DNA of 64,000 nt, taken from NCBI GenBank assembly GCA_023246355.1, contig JAHFIQ010000003.1, positions 13,968-77,967 of the forward strand. The letters are read 5' to 3'. Shown here in pieces: positions 38,963 through 49,738 of this stretch. Position 1 is the stretch's first letter. Every line of letters starts with the position of its first letter. This stretch comes from Candidatus Uhrbacteria bacterium. GTDB lineage: Bacteria; Patescibacteriota; Patescibacteriia; UBA9934; GWF2-40-263. The position numbers and the translations under genes were made by a program. Under the pieces are notes generated by a model, which did no database searches, was not told the origin of the DNA, and was given only the letters and a program-made list of their open reading frames with translations.

Positions 38963-40380
38963 GCGGAGAGTTTGTTGAGAGCGATTGTTAGTCGAGAAAG
39001 GGTTTCGTCCTTCCCAAGCACCCAGGCGAGTTGAAATGGACTAGCTGACTGCTCTGATCCTGAAAGGGCCACGCGCAAGGGCCAGAGGACATTTCCATTT
39101 TGGAGACTCTTTGATTCAATATACTGCTTTATGGCGTGTTCAATCAATGAGACGTTTTCAAAAACGCTTGGCGAAAATGAACCGACAAGGCCAGACAGGC
39201 CCTGCAGCTGTGCCTGGGCATCTTCTCTTGTAGATTTTTTCCAAACTAAGATACTCGCATCGTAGTCACTGATAGAAAGATACGGACGCACACGATCTGA
39301 CACCTCGCTCAAGACTTCGAGTCGCTCCACCTCCACGGTAAGAATCTTTTTGAGCATCTCGTCTGTCACGACTTCATCGTTTGTCAAAAAGTTTTTTGAT
39401 GCACTCACAAGAGCATCCAGGTCCATGGCTCGCAGATACTGACCATTCATCCATCTCAGCTTTTGCACGTCAAACACCGCGCCACTCTTGTTGACTTTCG
39501 AGAGATCAAACAGTTCGATCAACTCGTCCATTTTGTAAATTTCTCGATCGGCCGTTGGATTAAAACCCAAGAGCGCGACGTAGTTGATGAGGGCTTCTGG
39601 CAAATACCCCTTGGCAAGATAATCCTCCACAGCTACATCGCCCTGCCGTTTTGAAAGTTTGGATTTATCTGGATTCAACACAAGCGGAAGATGTGCAAAC
39701 ACCGGTAGATCCCAACCGAACGATTGGTAGAGATGGACGTGTTTTGGAACGGACGAGATCCATTCCTCTGCTCGGATGATATGCGTGATGCCCATCAAGT
39801 GATCGTCGACAACTACGGCCAAATGATACGTTGGGAACCCGTCACTTTTCATGAGAACCTGATCGTCAATTTCCTCATTGTTGATCGTGATCGAGCCACG
39901 GATGGCGTCTTCAAAGGTTGTGATGCCATCAGGAATTTTCAGTCGAATAACATGAGACTCCCCTGCCGCAAGCCGCTTTTGGATTTCATCTGTGGAAAGA
40001 GAAAGGCAATGACGATCGTACTTGGTGGATTGCTTCACCTGTTGCTGTCGTTCACGCAGTTCTTTGAGACGTTCTGGCGTACAAAAACAATAGTACGCAC
40101 TTCCCTTTTCAAGCAGCATCTGAGCGTGCTCCTGATAGATAGGCAGACGTTCTGATTGAACATACGGCCCTTCATCCCAACTCAGATGCATCTGTTTAAG
40201 CGTCTTCAAAAGGGCTTCCACCGATCCTTCGACGTAACGTGTGCGGTCCGTATCTTCGATGCGAAGCAAAAACGTCCCGTGATTTTTTTTGGCAAAAAAA
40301 TAGTTGTAGAGCGCTGTGCGCAACGATCCAATATGTAGGTAGCCGGTTGGTGATGGGGCAAGACGGGTTTTGATGTTCAT
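38959..40380 (-). CDS. gltX: Glutamyl-tRNA synthetase
   Basis: APSPTGYLHIG, LRIEDTD, KLSKR. Confidence 0.97.
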   Translation of the reverse strand: MNIKTRLAPSPTGYLHIGSLRTALYNYFFAKKNHGTFLLRIEDTDRTRYVEGSVEALLKTLKQMHLSWDEGPYVQSERLPIYQEHAQMLLEKGSAYYCFCTPERLKELRERQQQVKQSTKYDRHCLSLSTDEIQKRLAAGESHVIRLKIPDGITTFEDAIRGSITINNEEIDDQVLMKSDGFPTYHLAVVVDDHLMGITHIIRAEEWISSVPKHVHLYQSFGWDLPVFAHLPLVLNPDKSKLSKRQGDVAVEDYLAKGYLPEALINYVALLGFNPTADREIYKMDELIELFDLSKVNKSGAVFDVQKLRWMNGQYLRAMDLDALVSASKNFLTNDEVVTDEMLKKILTVEVERLEVLSEVSDRVRPYLSISDYDASILVWKKSTREDAQAQLQGLSGLVGSFSPSVFENVSLIEHAIKQYIESKSLQNGNVLWPLRVALSGSEQSASPFQLAWVLGKDETLSRLTIALNKLSA

Positions 40381-41192
40381 ACTTCAGAAAATTGGCGATA
40401 CACTTCAGGAAAGACACGCGAGACGGCCTTCCAGAATCTTCGAGCCTTCAGTGTACTCAAAACGACCACGAATGGAAAGACAACACTCGCGTTCACAATG
40501 CGTCGCCATCGTCGTGGCTCTTTCATCAGTCGCCAGACCCACTCCAGTCCAATTCTCTGAATGGCTTTTGGCGCGCGTTTTTTTTGACCTGAAAGCATAT
40601 CAAGCGCTCCACCCACACCGATCCAGATTCTCACATGCGGGAGCAGAACTCTCATCTGAAACATAAACGCCTCCTGTTTCCCCTGCCCCAAGGCAACGGC
40701 GACAACAGCAGGATTCGCATCTTTGATTTGCTCGATCGTATGTTGGGAGATGTTGACTGTTGTGCCGTCAAATTCCACATGACCGGGATCAACAGCAACC
40801 ACTTGAAGATCTGGCAGGCTTTGCAGCAAACCCATGGCTGTTGACTGTGCGGATCCTGGCGCTCCACCCAAAAGCAACAATCGCCTATTTTTTTGTGAAC
40901 AGAGCCGGGCTAAGTCCTGAAGCACATCAACGCCAGGATGACGATGGTGAAGCGTAGAATCTGTGAGCGCAGCAACGGCATATCTGAGACTGACGGAGTC
41001 TGGAAGTGAGAGATCAGCCGCATTGAGTTGATCTTGAAACGTTTTATTTCTACGCGCCAACAACAAAAACTCGGCATTGGTTGTGACAATGACCTTCCCT
41101 TTTTCAAACTCAAGCCAAGCCAGAAGTTTTTCCTCAAGCTCAGAGTCAGTCAGATCATCAATTCTCACGTCAAAAAGAATATGCTGCTGCAC
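40377..41192 (-). CDS. WecB/TagA/CpsF glycosyltransferase
   Basis: TTNAE, VALGQGKQE, IGVGG, RAP, GLEWVWRLMKEPRRWRR. Confidence 0.93.
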   Translation of the reverse strand: MQQHILFDVRIDDLTDSELEEKLLAWLEFEKGKVIVTTNAEFLLLARRNKTFQDQLNAADLSLPDSVSLRYAVAALTDSTLHHRHPGVDVLQDLARLCSQKNRRLLLLGGAPGSAQSTAMGLLQSLPDLQVVAVDPGHVEFDGTTVNISQHTIEQIKDANPAVVAVALGQGKQEAFMFQMRVLLPHVRIWIGVGGALDMLSGQKKRAPKAIQRIGLEWVWRLMKEPRRWRRIVNASVVFPFVVVLSTLKARRFWKAVSRVFPEVYRQFSEV

Positions 41193-41230
41193 ATGTGAGC
41201 ATCATAGCAAAAAATTGGCTTATTCACAGA

Positions 41231-41271
41231 TTGACAAATCGTATTTAGCACTCTACACTTGTGAGTGCTAA
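41231..41271 (+). promoter_or_regulatory. clpB promoter overlapped by a CIRCE (HrcA) operator
   Basis: Perfect TTAGCACTC-N9-GAGTGCTAA (41245-41271); TTGACA(41231)-17-TACACT. Confidence 0.92.
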
Positions 41272-41285
41272 ATGATTTTTTGAAA

Positions 41286-41380
41286 AGGATTTGAGTGGCA
41301 CGGTGTCTGACCCTGGCCGGCTAGCGCAGGCCGAAGGCCGAGCACCGACAGGGTCTGCACCGTGACGAGGCTCAAATCCT
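41286..41380 (+). other. Long hairpin in the clpB 5' leader
   Basis: AGGATTTGAG/CTCAAATCCT, CACGGTG/CACCGTG, GACCCTG/CAGGGTC, apical GGCC-GAA-GGCC. Confidence 0.75.
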
Positions 41381-41392
41381 AATTGCGAATAT

Positions 41393-44056
41393 ATGATGCC
41401 AAATAATTTTACACACAAATCCCAAGAGGCCTTGCAGATGGCGCATCACATTGCCGTGGAGCATGGCCAGCAAACGCTGGAGCCAATCCATCTCCTCTCT
41501 TCCCTACTCACGCAGGACGACGGCGTGGTCGGTGCACTCGTGGACAAAATCACACCAGCACGTGGAAACCTGCGAGGCGAAGTCGATCACATCCTCGATT
41601 CCCTTCCAAAAACCGGTGGTGGTTCGCCAGGAGGCCTTGCGCAAATTTACATGAGCCAACAGATGGCGGCCGTGCTAGCTCAGGCTCACAAAAAAACGAA
41701 AGCCTTCAAAGACGAATTTATCTCCACGGAGCATTTGTTTTTGGGATTGCTTTCAAACAAGGCGATCAATCGGCTTCTGCTTGGGTACAACATCACTGAA
41801 GAATCCGTCATGACGGCACTCAAGGATGTTCGTGGCAACCAACGCGTTGACTCGCCAGAGCCTGAGGGCCGCTACCAAGCTTTGCAAAAGTACGGCCTTG
41901 ATCTCACTCAGGCTGCACGTGATGGCAAGCTTGATCCGATTATTGGTCGAGACATGGAGATCCGTCGGCTCATGCAGGTTCTCTCACGACGCACAAAAAA
42001 TAATCCTGTACTCATTGGAGAAGCTGGGGTTGGAAAAACAGCGGTAGTCGAAGGACTGGCGCAGCGGATTGTCTCCGGGGACGTCCCAGAACTCCTTAAA
42101 GATAAGGTCGTTGTTTCTCTCGACCTAGGCGCGCTTGTTGCTGGAACAAAATATCGTGGGGAGTTTGAAGATCGCCTGAAGGCTGTCATCAAGGAAATTG
42201 AAAATTCAAGCGGACGCATTATTTTGTTTATTGACGAATTGCATACAATCGTTGGAACCGGAACCGTGGAGGGTGGCTCCATGGATGCGTCAAACATTTT
42301 GAAGCCCGCCCTGGCTCGTGGGAACCTGCGCGCCATCGGAGCAACCACGCTCAAGGAGTATCAAAAACACATTGAAAAAGACGCAGCGCTTGAGCGACGT
42401 TTTCAGCCCGTGATCGTGGAGGAACCAAGCGTCCAGGATACGATCGCGATTTTGCGCGGCATCAAAGAAAAATATGAAGTGCATCACGGTGTGCGCATTT
42501 CAGATCCATCAATCGTGGCGGCGGCACAGCTCTCGCATCGCTACATCACGGATCGCAACCTGCCAGACAAGGCCGTTGATTTGATGGACGAGGCTGGGTC
42601 AGCTCTGCGCATGCAAATCGATTCCATGCCAGAGGAACTCGATAAATTGAAACGCGATCTGATGCGTCTGGAGATTGAACAGAAGGCCCTCCAAAAAGAA
42701 GAAGATCGCGAATCAAAGGAACGCCTGCGCGACATTGAAAAACACATTGCGGATTTGCGCGAAGCAACGCAGGGGCTGGAAGGTCGCTGGCAAAATGAAA
42801 AGAAAAAAATCACTGAAATTCAGGAAGCCAAGTCAGACATCGATCGACTGCGAGCACAAGCCGAAGCCGAGGAACGTCGCGGGGACCTGGAAAAGGTCGC
42901 TGAGATTCGCTACGCAAAACTTCCAGCCGCAGAAAAGAAACTGCGCAAGATTGAATCAGAACTGGTGAGTCTTCAAAAAGAGCGCGGGCTCTTGAAAGAA
43001 GTTGTTGGTGAGGAGGACATTGCCCAGGTTGTTTCCCGCTGGACGCATATTCCCGTTTCCAAAATGCTTGAATCGGAAATGGAAAAGCTCGCAGACATGG
43101 AAACCGAGCTTGTCAAACGCGTTGTGGGACAAGAGGAAGCCATTAAGGCCGTTTCAAATGCGCTACGCCGTTCGCGGGCTGGCATTGGCGAGGAAAAACG
43201 GCCGATCGGTTCGTTTATTTTCTTGGGTCCAACCGGTGTAGGAAAGACCGAGCTTGCACGTGCTCTGGCTGAATTTATGTTCAACGATGAGTCTGCGCTC
43301 ATACGTTTGGACATGTCTGAATACATGGAAAAGCATGCGGTTTCAAAAATCATCGGCTCCCCGCCTGGATACGTCGGTTACGAAGAAGGCGGACAGCTCA
43401 CCGAAATCGTGCGTCGCAAGCCGTATGCGGTTTTGCTGTTTGACGAAATTGAAAAAGCCCATCCAGATACGTTTAATTTGCTCCTGCAAATTCTTGACGA
43501 CGGACATCTCACAGATGCCAAGGGTCGCAAGATCAACTTCAAAAATACAATCATCATCATGACTTCCAATATTGGTTCGGAATTCATTTTGAACGTTGGA
43601 CAGTCAAAGTCTGCGATGGGATTTGAGGATGGCGATAGTGAAAAGTCAGACGAGGACGAAACACGCGATCGTGTGCTTTCCATGCTCAAAGATCACTTCC
43701 GTCCTGAGTTTTTGAACCGCATCGACGATGTGATTGTCTTCCACGGACTCAAGGAGGCTCAGATCGAGAAAATCGTCGAGCTGCAACTCCAGATTGTCAG
43801 CGCGCGTCTCAAAACCCAACGTGGCATCACGATTACCATCTCCGAATCCGCAAAGAAACTCCTGGCCGAACAAGGCTTTGACCCAGATTACGGCGCACGT
43901 CCATTGAAGCGGGTGATCCAGTCGTTGATCCTCGATCCCCTCGCTCTGAAGATTGTAAGCGGCGAAGTTCATGAGGGTGAACGGGTCGCGATCAACTCAA
44001 AAGACAACGAGATCGTGTTTCAATCAAAAAAGCCGGCAAAGGTGAAGGTTGGCTAA
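41393..44056 (+). CDS. clpB: Chaperone ClpB
   Basis: Two AAA+ modules ([16 protein letters not shown]) and a long coiled-coil M domain. Confidence 0.97.
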   Translation: MMPNNFTHKSQEALQMAHHIAVEHGQQTLEPIHLLSSLLTQDDGVVGALVDKITPARGNLRGEVDHILDSLPKTGGGSPGGLAQIYMSQQMAAVLAQAHKKTKAFKDEFISTEHLFLGLLSNKAINRLLLGYNITEESVMTALKDVRGNQRVDSPEPEGRYQALQKYGLDLTQAARDGKLDPIIGRDMEIRRLMQVLSRRTKNNPVLIGEAGVGKTAVVEGLAQRIVSGDVPELLKDKVVVSLDLGALVAGTKYRGEFEDRLKAVIKEIENSSGRIILFIDELHTIVGTGTVEGGSMDASNILKPALARGNLRAIGATTLKEYQKHIEKDAALERRFQPVIVEEPSVQDTIAILRGIKEKYEVHHGVRISDPSIVAAAQLSHRYITDRNLPDKAVDLMDEAGSALRMQIDSMPEELDKLKRDLMRLEIEQKALQKEEDRESKERLRDIEKHIADLREATQGLEGRWQNEKKKITEIQEAKSDIDRLRAQAEAEERRGDLEKVAEIRYAKLPAAEKKLRKIESELVSLQKERGLLKEVVGEEDIAQVVSRWTHIPVSKMLESEMEKLADMETELVKRVVGQEEAIKAVSNALRRSRAGIGEEKRPIGSFIFLGPTGVGKTELARALAEFMFNDESALIRLDMSEYMEKHAVSKIIGSPPGYVGYEEGGQLTEIVRRKPYAVLLFDEIEKAHPDTFNLLLQILDDGHLTDAKGRKINFKNTIIIMTSNIGSEFILNVGQSKSAMGFEDGDSEKSDEDETRDRVLSMLKDHFRPEFLNRIDDVIVFHGLKEAQIEKIVELQLQIVSARLKTQRGITITISESAKKLLAEQGFDPDYGARPLKRVIQSLILDPLALKIVSGEVHEGERVAINSKDNEIVFQSKKPAKVKVG

Positions 44057-44103
44057 AGTCGCCAAGAAAACGATCAGGTCTAGATATCGGAACCCAAGAC
44101 TTA

Positions 44104-44141
44104 ATGCCACACTTTTTCGTACGTACGAACTTTTGTCGACA
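44104..44141. repeat. Palindromic site, solitary copy C
   Basis: ACTTTTT-CGTACGTACG-AACTTTT-GTCGACA. Confidence 0.75.
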
Positions 44142-44219
44142 AAGCAGGACTGACAGTTGTTCACCGGGGTGAAAATTCGTCATCGTTTCTCAGCGTGCTT
44201 TGTGGTAGTCTGGGACAGT

Positions 44220-45155
44220 ATGAATTCATCAACTACAGAGCTCACCCTAAATACCGGAGCTAAAATGCCTTTGCTTGGCCTGGGAACCTGGAATGCTCCC
44301 AAGGATAAAGTTGGCGCAGCAGTAGAGATGGCACTGACACGTCACGGCTACTCACACATTGATTGTGCACACGTCTATGAGAATGAAGTAGAAGTCGGTG
44401 CAGCCTTCAATCGGGTGTTTTCAAACAGTGCTCGTAGGCGTGAAGACGTATTCATCACTAGTAAACTTTGGAATTACGATCACGCCAAAGCAGATGTTCG
44501 AACCGCTTGTGAGAAAACATTACAGGATCTCCAGCTCGATTATCTCGATCTGTATCTCATGCACTTTGGTATTGCCTCGCCTCATGACGGTCGCATCGAG
44601 CCCGTCGATAAGGATGGTTTTCTCCTTCCAGCAAAGGTGTCCGTCCGTGAGACCTGGGAAGCGATGGAGGAGTTGATCGGGGCAGGGCTTGTGAAGGCAA
44701 TTGGTATTTCGAACTTCACCGCACCGATGATCGTCGATCTGCTGACCTACGCCCGGATTGTCCCAGCTGTGAACCAAATTGAACTTCATCCCTACTGCCA
44801 GCAGCCACGCACACTGGAGTTCTGTGAGCATCTCGGCATCACCGTTACCGCCTATTCTCCACTTGGTTCACAGGTTGAAATGAACAATGGAAAGCCGCCG
44901 CTGCTTGAGGATCCAACAATCAAGTCAGTTGCCGAGCGACTCGGAAGGTCGCCGGCACAGGTCTGTCTTCGATGGGGCGTGCAACGAGGAACCGCGGTCA
45001 TTCCAAAGAGCTCAACAGATCCTCACATAAAGGAAAACGCTGAAATCTTTCACTTTGATCTCAGCAACGATGACATGCGTCAACTCGCTGTCCTCGATCG
45101 CCGCCTACACTATGTTGACCCGTACGAGTGGTGGAAGATCCCTTACTTTGAGTGA
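44220..45155 (+). CDS. Aldo/keto reductase
   Basis: GLGTW, IDCAHVY, FITSKLW, YLDLYLMH, AIGISNF, IPKS. Confidence 0.95.
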   Translation: MNSSTTELTLNTGAKMPLLGLGTWNAPKDKVGAAVEMALTRHGYSHIDCAHVYENEVEVGAAFNRVFSNSARRREDVFITSKLWNYDHAKADVRTACEKTLQDLQLDYLDLYLMHFGIASPHDGRIEPVDKDGFLLPAKVSVRETWEAMEELIGAGLVKAIGISNFTAPMIVDLLTYARIVPAVNQIELHPYCQQPRTLEFCEHLGITVTAYSPLGSQVEMNNGKPPLLEDPTIKSVAERLGRSPAQVCLRWGVQRGTAVIPKSSTDPHIKENAEIFHFDLSNDDMRQLAVLDRRLHYVDPYEWWKIPYFE

Positions 45156-45215
45156 CAGACAACCAAAAAAGCACGCAAAAATGAAGATCGTCTGAAGTGG
45201 TATAATGGCTGAGTC

Positions 45216-46628
45216 ATGAAAAAGCTCAGCTTTTTAGTTTTGCTTGCGGTGGTGGGCTCTATCCCCTCACCTCTTTTCGCAGCGGACGCGACATTCAATC
45301 CGTATTTTTTGCTTTCAGATGCAGATATGACAGATACGGAAAGCATGTCTCTCACAGATGTCTCCCGATTTTTAACAAGAGGTGGCCTCGCTTCCTACAC
45401 AGACACAGATATTGACGGAGAGGATAAAACGGCTTCCGAACTGATCTGGAACGCCGCACAAGAATTTGAACTTAGCCCGAAATTTTTGTTGACGCTGTTG
45501 CAACGTGAGCAAAGTCTTGTGGAAGATCCAACCCCATCGGATGATCAGCTCGCCTGGGCCATGGGCTATGCCGTCTGCGATGACTGCTCAAAATCAGATC
45601 CGCGCATTCAAAAATTCAAAGGCTTTGCCTCACAGGTGCATTATGCCGCAGCGCGCATCCGGGAGTCGTATCTCACTGATCTTGAGGAGCGCGGCTACAC
45701 GGAAACAGGTGTCGGTCCAGGTATTGAAATAACCATCGACAACACCACGGTCGTTCCGGTCAATTTTGCCACTTCATCGCTGTACACCTACACCCCGCAT
45801 CTGCATGGGAATGAAAATTTTGTCTCGATCTGGGAACGCTGGTTTGGTCAGGAGTTTCCCACGGGCTCCCTGCTCCAAGACAAAGACACAGGCGGCATTT
45901 GGCTCATTCAAAACAACGAGCGACGACCGATCACATCGCGCGCAGCCTTCTTTTCGCGATTCAACGTCAACACGGTTGTGGCCGTGAGTGGCACGACGCT
46001 TGCATCCTATCCCATCGGCAACGCGATCAGTTTTCCAAACTATTCCTTGTTGCGCTCACCTGGAGGCACGGTCTATCTTCTCGTTGATGACACACGTCGA
46101 GGATTCACATCACAGGAAGCCTTTCGCTCGCTTGGATTTAACCCCGATGAAATCGTTGACGTGAGCTGGGACGATTTGAATGTGTACACAGAAGCAACGC
46201 CGATTAGCGTGGAGACCGTCTATCCACAAGGAGCTCTCCTCCAAGACAAGACAACCGGTGGCGTGTTCTACGTAGAGAACGGCGAAAAGCACCCGATCGT
46301 GTCACGCGAAATTCTTGCCAATCGCTTTGCCGACCAAACAATCGTCCCTGTCGATCCGGAAAATCTCGAGAGTTATCCTCGTGCCGAGGAAGTTGGTTTT
46401 GCAGACGGAACCCTCATTGGCGTGACAGGCTCGCCTGATATCTTTGTTGTTTCCGAAGGCCTTCGCCGTCCCATTCTCGATGAGGTCACGTTTTTCACCT
46501 ACGGTTGGAGTTTTGACCAGGTCGTGTGGACCAACGAACGATCTGTACTGTTGCATCCACTGGGTGAAGCCGTATCAACGGATTTGGATCAAGAAGAAGA
46601 CGATGTCGAAATCGCCACAACTCACTAG
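45216..46628 (+). CDS. Secreted protein: putative catalytic N-terminal domain plus four repeats of about 60 aa
   Basis: Signal peptide; LLQREQSL, AMGYAVCD, LYTYTPH; repeats of the form P.GSLL...G.(I/V)(W/Y/F)L(I/V)....RR.I.S. Confidence 0.7.
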   Translation: MKKLSFLVLLAVVGSIPSPLFAADATFNPYFLLSDADMTDTESMSLTDVSRFLTRGGLASYTDTDIDGEDKTASELIWNAAQEFELSPKFLLTLLQREQSLVEDPTPSDDQLAWAMGYAVCDDCSKSDPRIQKFKGFASQVHYAAARIRESYLTDLEERGYTETGVGPGIEITIDNTTVVPVNFATSSLYTYTPHLHGNENFVSIWERWFGQEFPTGSLLQDKDTGGIWLIQNNERRPITSRAAFFSRFNVNTVVAVSGTTLASYPIGNAISFPNYSLLRSPGGTVYLLVDDTRRGFTSQEAFRSLGFNPDEIVDVSWDDLNVYTEATPISVETVYPQGALLQDKTTGGVFYVENGEKHPIVSREILANRFADQTIVPVDPENLESYPRAEEVGFADGTLIGVTGSPDIFVVSEGLRRPILDEVTFFTYGWSFDQVVWTNERSVLLHPLGEAVSTDLDQEEDDVEIATTH

Positions 46629-46631
46629 ACT

Positions 46632-47429
46632 ATGCTCGTATTTGCCGCCATCACCCCACACACCCCGCTGCTCATCCCAACCATTGGGAAAGAAAATCTC
46701 AAAGCCATGCAGGCCACAGGGACGGCCATGAAACGCGTGGCGGAAGATTTTTATCTCTCTGCCCCAGAAACCGTCATCGTCATCTCCAGTCATGCCACAC
46801 AGTACACAGATGCGTTTGCGATCAATCTTCACGAGACTTACTCGATTGACTTCAAAGATTTCGGCGATCTCTCAACCAGCCGCTCGCTTGAGCCAGATCT
46901 TGAAACGATCACGTTGATTCAACGGGCCATGCGTGGGGCCCATATTCCTCTGACACTGGATTCTGCTTCCTCACTCGATTACGGCACAGGCGTTCCCCTC
47001 ACCTATCTTCTAGAAAAATCTCCTCACGTTCAGGTCGTCCCCCTTTCCCATGCCGGACTTACGTCACGTGATCATGTCCGTTTTGGAAACATCCTCAAGG
47101 ACGTCATTGACGCATCAAAAAAACGTATCGCGATCATTGCTTCTGGTGATCTGGCGCATTCCATCACCTCGGACTCACCCCTTGGATTTCGTCCTGAAGG
47201 CGAGGCGTATGATCATCGAGTTGTCGAAGCGGTAAAAAATCATTCCCTCTCCTCGCTCCTTTCCTTGGACGAAGAGACCGTCAGCAAGTCCGGACAATGT
47301 TTACACGAACAACTCCTCATCCTTCTGGGAATACTTGAAAAGACGCAAACCCGACCTAAAGTCATCAGCTACGAACACCCATTTGGCGTCGGCTATCTCG
47401 TGGCCGAATTTCATCTCACTGACCTATGA
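46632..47429 (+). CDS. AmmeMemoRadiSam protein B / LigB-like protein
   Basis: PHTPLLIP, ISSH, LDYG, IASGDLAH, YEHPFGVGY. Confidence 0.85.
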   Translation: MLVFAAITPHTPLLIPTIGKENLKAMQATGTAMKRVAEDFYLSAPETVIVISSHATQYTDAFAINLHETYSIDFKDFGDLSTSRSLEPDLETITLIQRAMRGAHIPLTLDSASSLDYGTGVPLTYLLEKSPHVQVVPLSHAGLTSRDHVRFGNILKDVIDASKKRIAIIASGDLAHSITSDSPLGFRPEGEAYDHRVVEAVKNHSLSSLLSLDEETVSKSGQCLHEQLLILLGILEKTQTRPKVISYEHPFGVGYLVAEFHLTDL

Positions 47430-49252
47430 TCGCAGAAGTGTATCCTCTCAAGCGCATGAGCAGAGGGTTGTCTGCGTTTGATTATCTCATCCCTGAAGTC
47501 TTGCAGATCCAGCGCGGAATGTTCGTCACCATTCCCTACCGTCGATCTACCGTGAACGGGATTGTCAAGAGAGTGAAAGATAAACCTGTCCGGGGCATCA
47601 CGCTCAAATCGATCGACTCGATCTATGCGGGCGTACATCTGAGAGAGGAAGAGCTCTCTTTTTTTGAATCACTTGCTCAGGATCTTTTTCAGTCCCCGGC
47701 GACCGTTCTATTCAGTGCCTTCCCCCAGCTCCCAAAAAAAGAAGACGCACTGAACGTCTCACCTTCTTTTTCTTGGCTTCCCCTCACCCTCCCGAGATCT
47801 GAAGCAGAAACCATTGTGCGACTGGTCACACAATTAAAAGAACGATCCAAGGCTTTCGTGCAGACTCCGGACATTCGCCGATGTACAGCCCTTATTCTTG
47901 GCTACATACAGGGGACAGAAAAACAAAAGGTCCTGCTCCTTGCACCAACGCTTCGGGACGTAGAACAGATTCGATCACATCTTTCTGGTCTTGAACCGTT
48001 CGTCATCACCGGTGAGGAGACATCCATCGAGAGATTCAAACGCTGGAAGGCGTTTCATGGCGCTTCCTCGGGTCTCATGCTAGGAACACGCACAGCCGGT
48101 CTCATGATGGATTCCACTATCACTACTATTTTTCTTGTGCGATCGGGCGACGTGAACCACAAACAAGAGGACCGAAACCCACGCATCGACCTGCGTGAAC
48201 TCGCGTGGAACGTTCATGAACAATTTTCTGCGAATCTTTTTTGCTTGGATGTTGTCGCGCGTCCACAAACCTTTTCTCGTTTCTCTCCTGCGGAAATCCT
48301 CGGCTGGCCCATGACCTCCAAGGCCCAGGTCATTGACATTAACAAGGACCCACAGGGCCGGCATCGATCCATCACCTACCAAGCTGAGCAGTTGATTCAG
48401 GAAAGAATCGCCCAGGGTCGTGTGCTTATCGTTCACCAGCAAAAAGGCATCGCCAAGTTGATCCTCTGTCATGCATGTGGACATCGTCCCCTGTGTCCAA
48501 CCTGTGAGACATCCCTTACGGCTTTTTCCCACACGCTCTCGTGTGCCATGTGTCACCACAAGGAGCCGATGATTCTTCGCTGTCCAGAGTGTCAAAGCAC
48601 AGAGCTCATTCGCGTGGGTCCTGGGAATCAAGAAGTCGCTCAGGAGGTCAAAAAACTTTTTCCTGACTCTTCCGTTTCCATTGTTGATCGTGATCATCCT
48701 TCTGATGACGGAGCAAGGATCGTGATCGTCACCTCATTTTTTCTCGAGCAAGTATATGATCCTTTTCGACCTGGATCTTTTTCTCTGGTGCTCCTCACAA
48801 ATGCTGACACCCCGCTCTATGGCGATCACCCATCGGCCTTGGAATCGCTGACCCACGAGCTTTGGCAATGGCGATGGCTTGCCCACACAGCTCATGCAAC
48901 CTTTCTTGTGCAAACCGGGAGTCCGTCTCTCATCCTGAAAGCGCTTGAGGACACAGAAACGCTCCTGAAAGAAGACCTTGCCTCTCGCGAGTTCTATCAT
49001 CTTCCACCTTTTTATCAGTGGCTGCGGATCACTCTCAAAGAAGATGAACCGCACAAGGCACAGCTTGAGATGACGCAGCTCAAACAGCGACTCAGTGAGA
49101 TTCCCGATGTTCGATTTGGAGCGCTCACGACCCTTCCACACGAGGGAGTCGCTCTTGAGTTCGGCGTCCCCACGCAGGAAAAGAAACGACTGCACGCTCT
49201 CTTCACGTCCCTTCCCGATCGCTATATCATTGACACAGGACTCTTTTCTTAG
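47426..49252 (+). CDS. priA: Primosomal protein N' (degenerate helicase motifs)
   Basis: FDY, GTR, KQEDRNPR, four CxxC pairs, LPPF; no GSGKT or DExH. Confidence 0.8.
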   Translation: MIAEVYPLKRMSRGLSAFDYLIPEVLQIQRGMFVTIPYRRSTVNGIVKRVKDKPVRGITLKSIDSIYAGVHLREEELSFFESLAQDLFQSPATVLFSAFPQLPKKEDALNVSPSFSWLPLTLPRSEAETIVRLVTQLKERSKAFVQTPDIRRCTALILGYIQGTEKQKVLLLAPTLRDVEQIRSHLSGLEPFVITGEETSIERFKRWKAFHGASSGLMLGTRTAGLMMDSTITTIFLVRSGDVNHKQEDRNPRIDLRELAWNVHEQFSANLFCLDVVARPQTFSRFSPAEILGWPMTSKAQVIDINKDPQGRHRSITYQAEQLIQERIAQGRVLIVHQQKGIAKLILCHACGHRPLCPTCETSLTAFSHTLSCAMCHHKEPMILRCPECQSTELIRVGPGNQEVAQEVKKLFPDSSVSIVDRDHPSDDGARIVIVTSFFLEQVYDPFRPGSFSLVLLTNADTPLYGDHPSALESLTHELWQWRWLAHTAHATFLVQTGSPSLILKALEDTETLLKEDLASREFYHLPPFYQWLRITLKEDEPHKAQLEMTQLKQRLSEIPDVRFGALTTLPHEGVALEFGVPTQEKKRLHALFTSLPDRYIIDTGLFS

Positions 49253-49267
49253 TATCCTGATCCTCCT

Positions 49268-49738
49268 ATGACCCTTCGCGCCGTGCTCAAAAATCCCAAT
49301 GATCGCCTTCGCAAGAAAGCGAAGTCTGTTTCCGCTGAGGACATCCCATCCCCTGAGGTCCAGAATCTGATTGATGATCTCATCGAGACCATGATGGTCG
49401 AGAACGGAGTTGGGATTGCTTCAACGCAAATCGGATCAGACAAACGCATCATTATTGTTGACGTGGATGGAGTCTTACCGCTTATCAATCCCGAAATTGT
49501 GGGGAAGTCCGTCCGTAGAATCGAATTTGAAGAAGGCTGTCTTTCTGTTCCGGGCGTCACTGGCATTGTCAAACGCCACAGAGAGGTCAAACTGAAAGCC
49601 TTTGATCGAAACGGAAAACCGCTCACCATCAAAGCCAAAGGGCTTCTCGCAATCGTCCTCCAACATGAAACAGACCATCTCGACGGCATCTTGTTCATTG
49701 ATAAAGTCATCCGCTACACCAACCCTCCACGCATGTGA
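49268..49738 (+). CDS. def: Peptide deformylase
   Basis: GVGIASTQ, EGCLS, QHETDHL. Confidence 0.96.
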   Translation: MTLRAVLKNPNDRLRKKAKSVSAEDIPSPEVQNLIDDLIETMMVENGVGIASTQIGSDKRIIIVDVDGVLPLINPEIVGKSVRRIEFEEGCLSVPGVTGIVKRHREVKLKAFDRNGKPLTIKAKGLLAIVLQHETDHLDGILFIDKVIRYTNPPRM

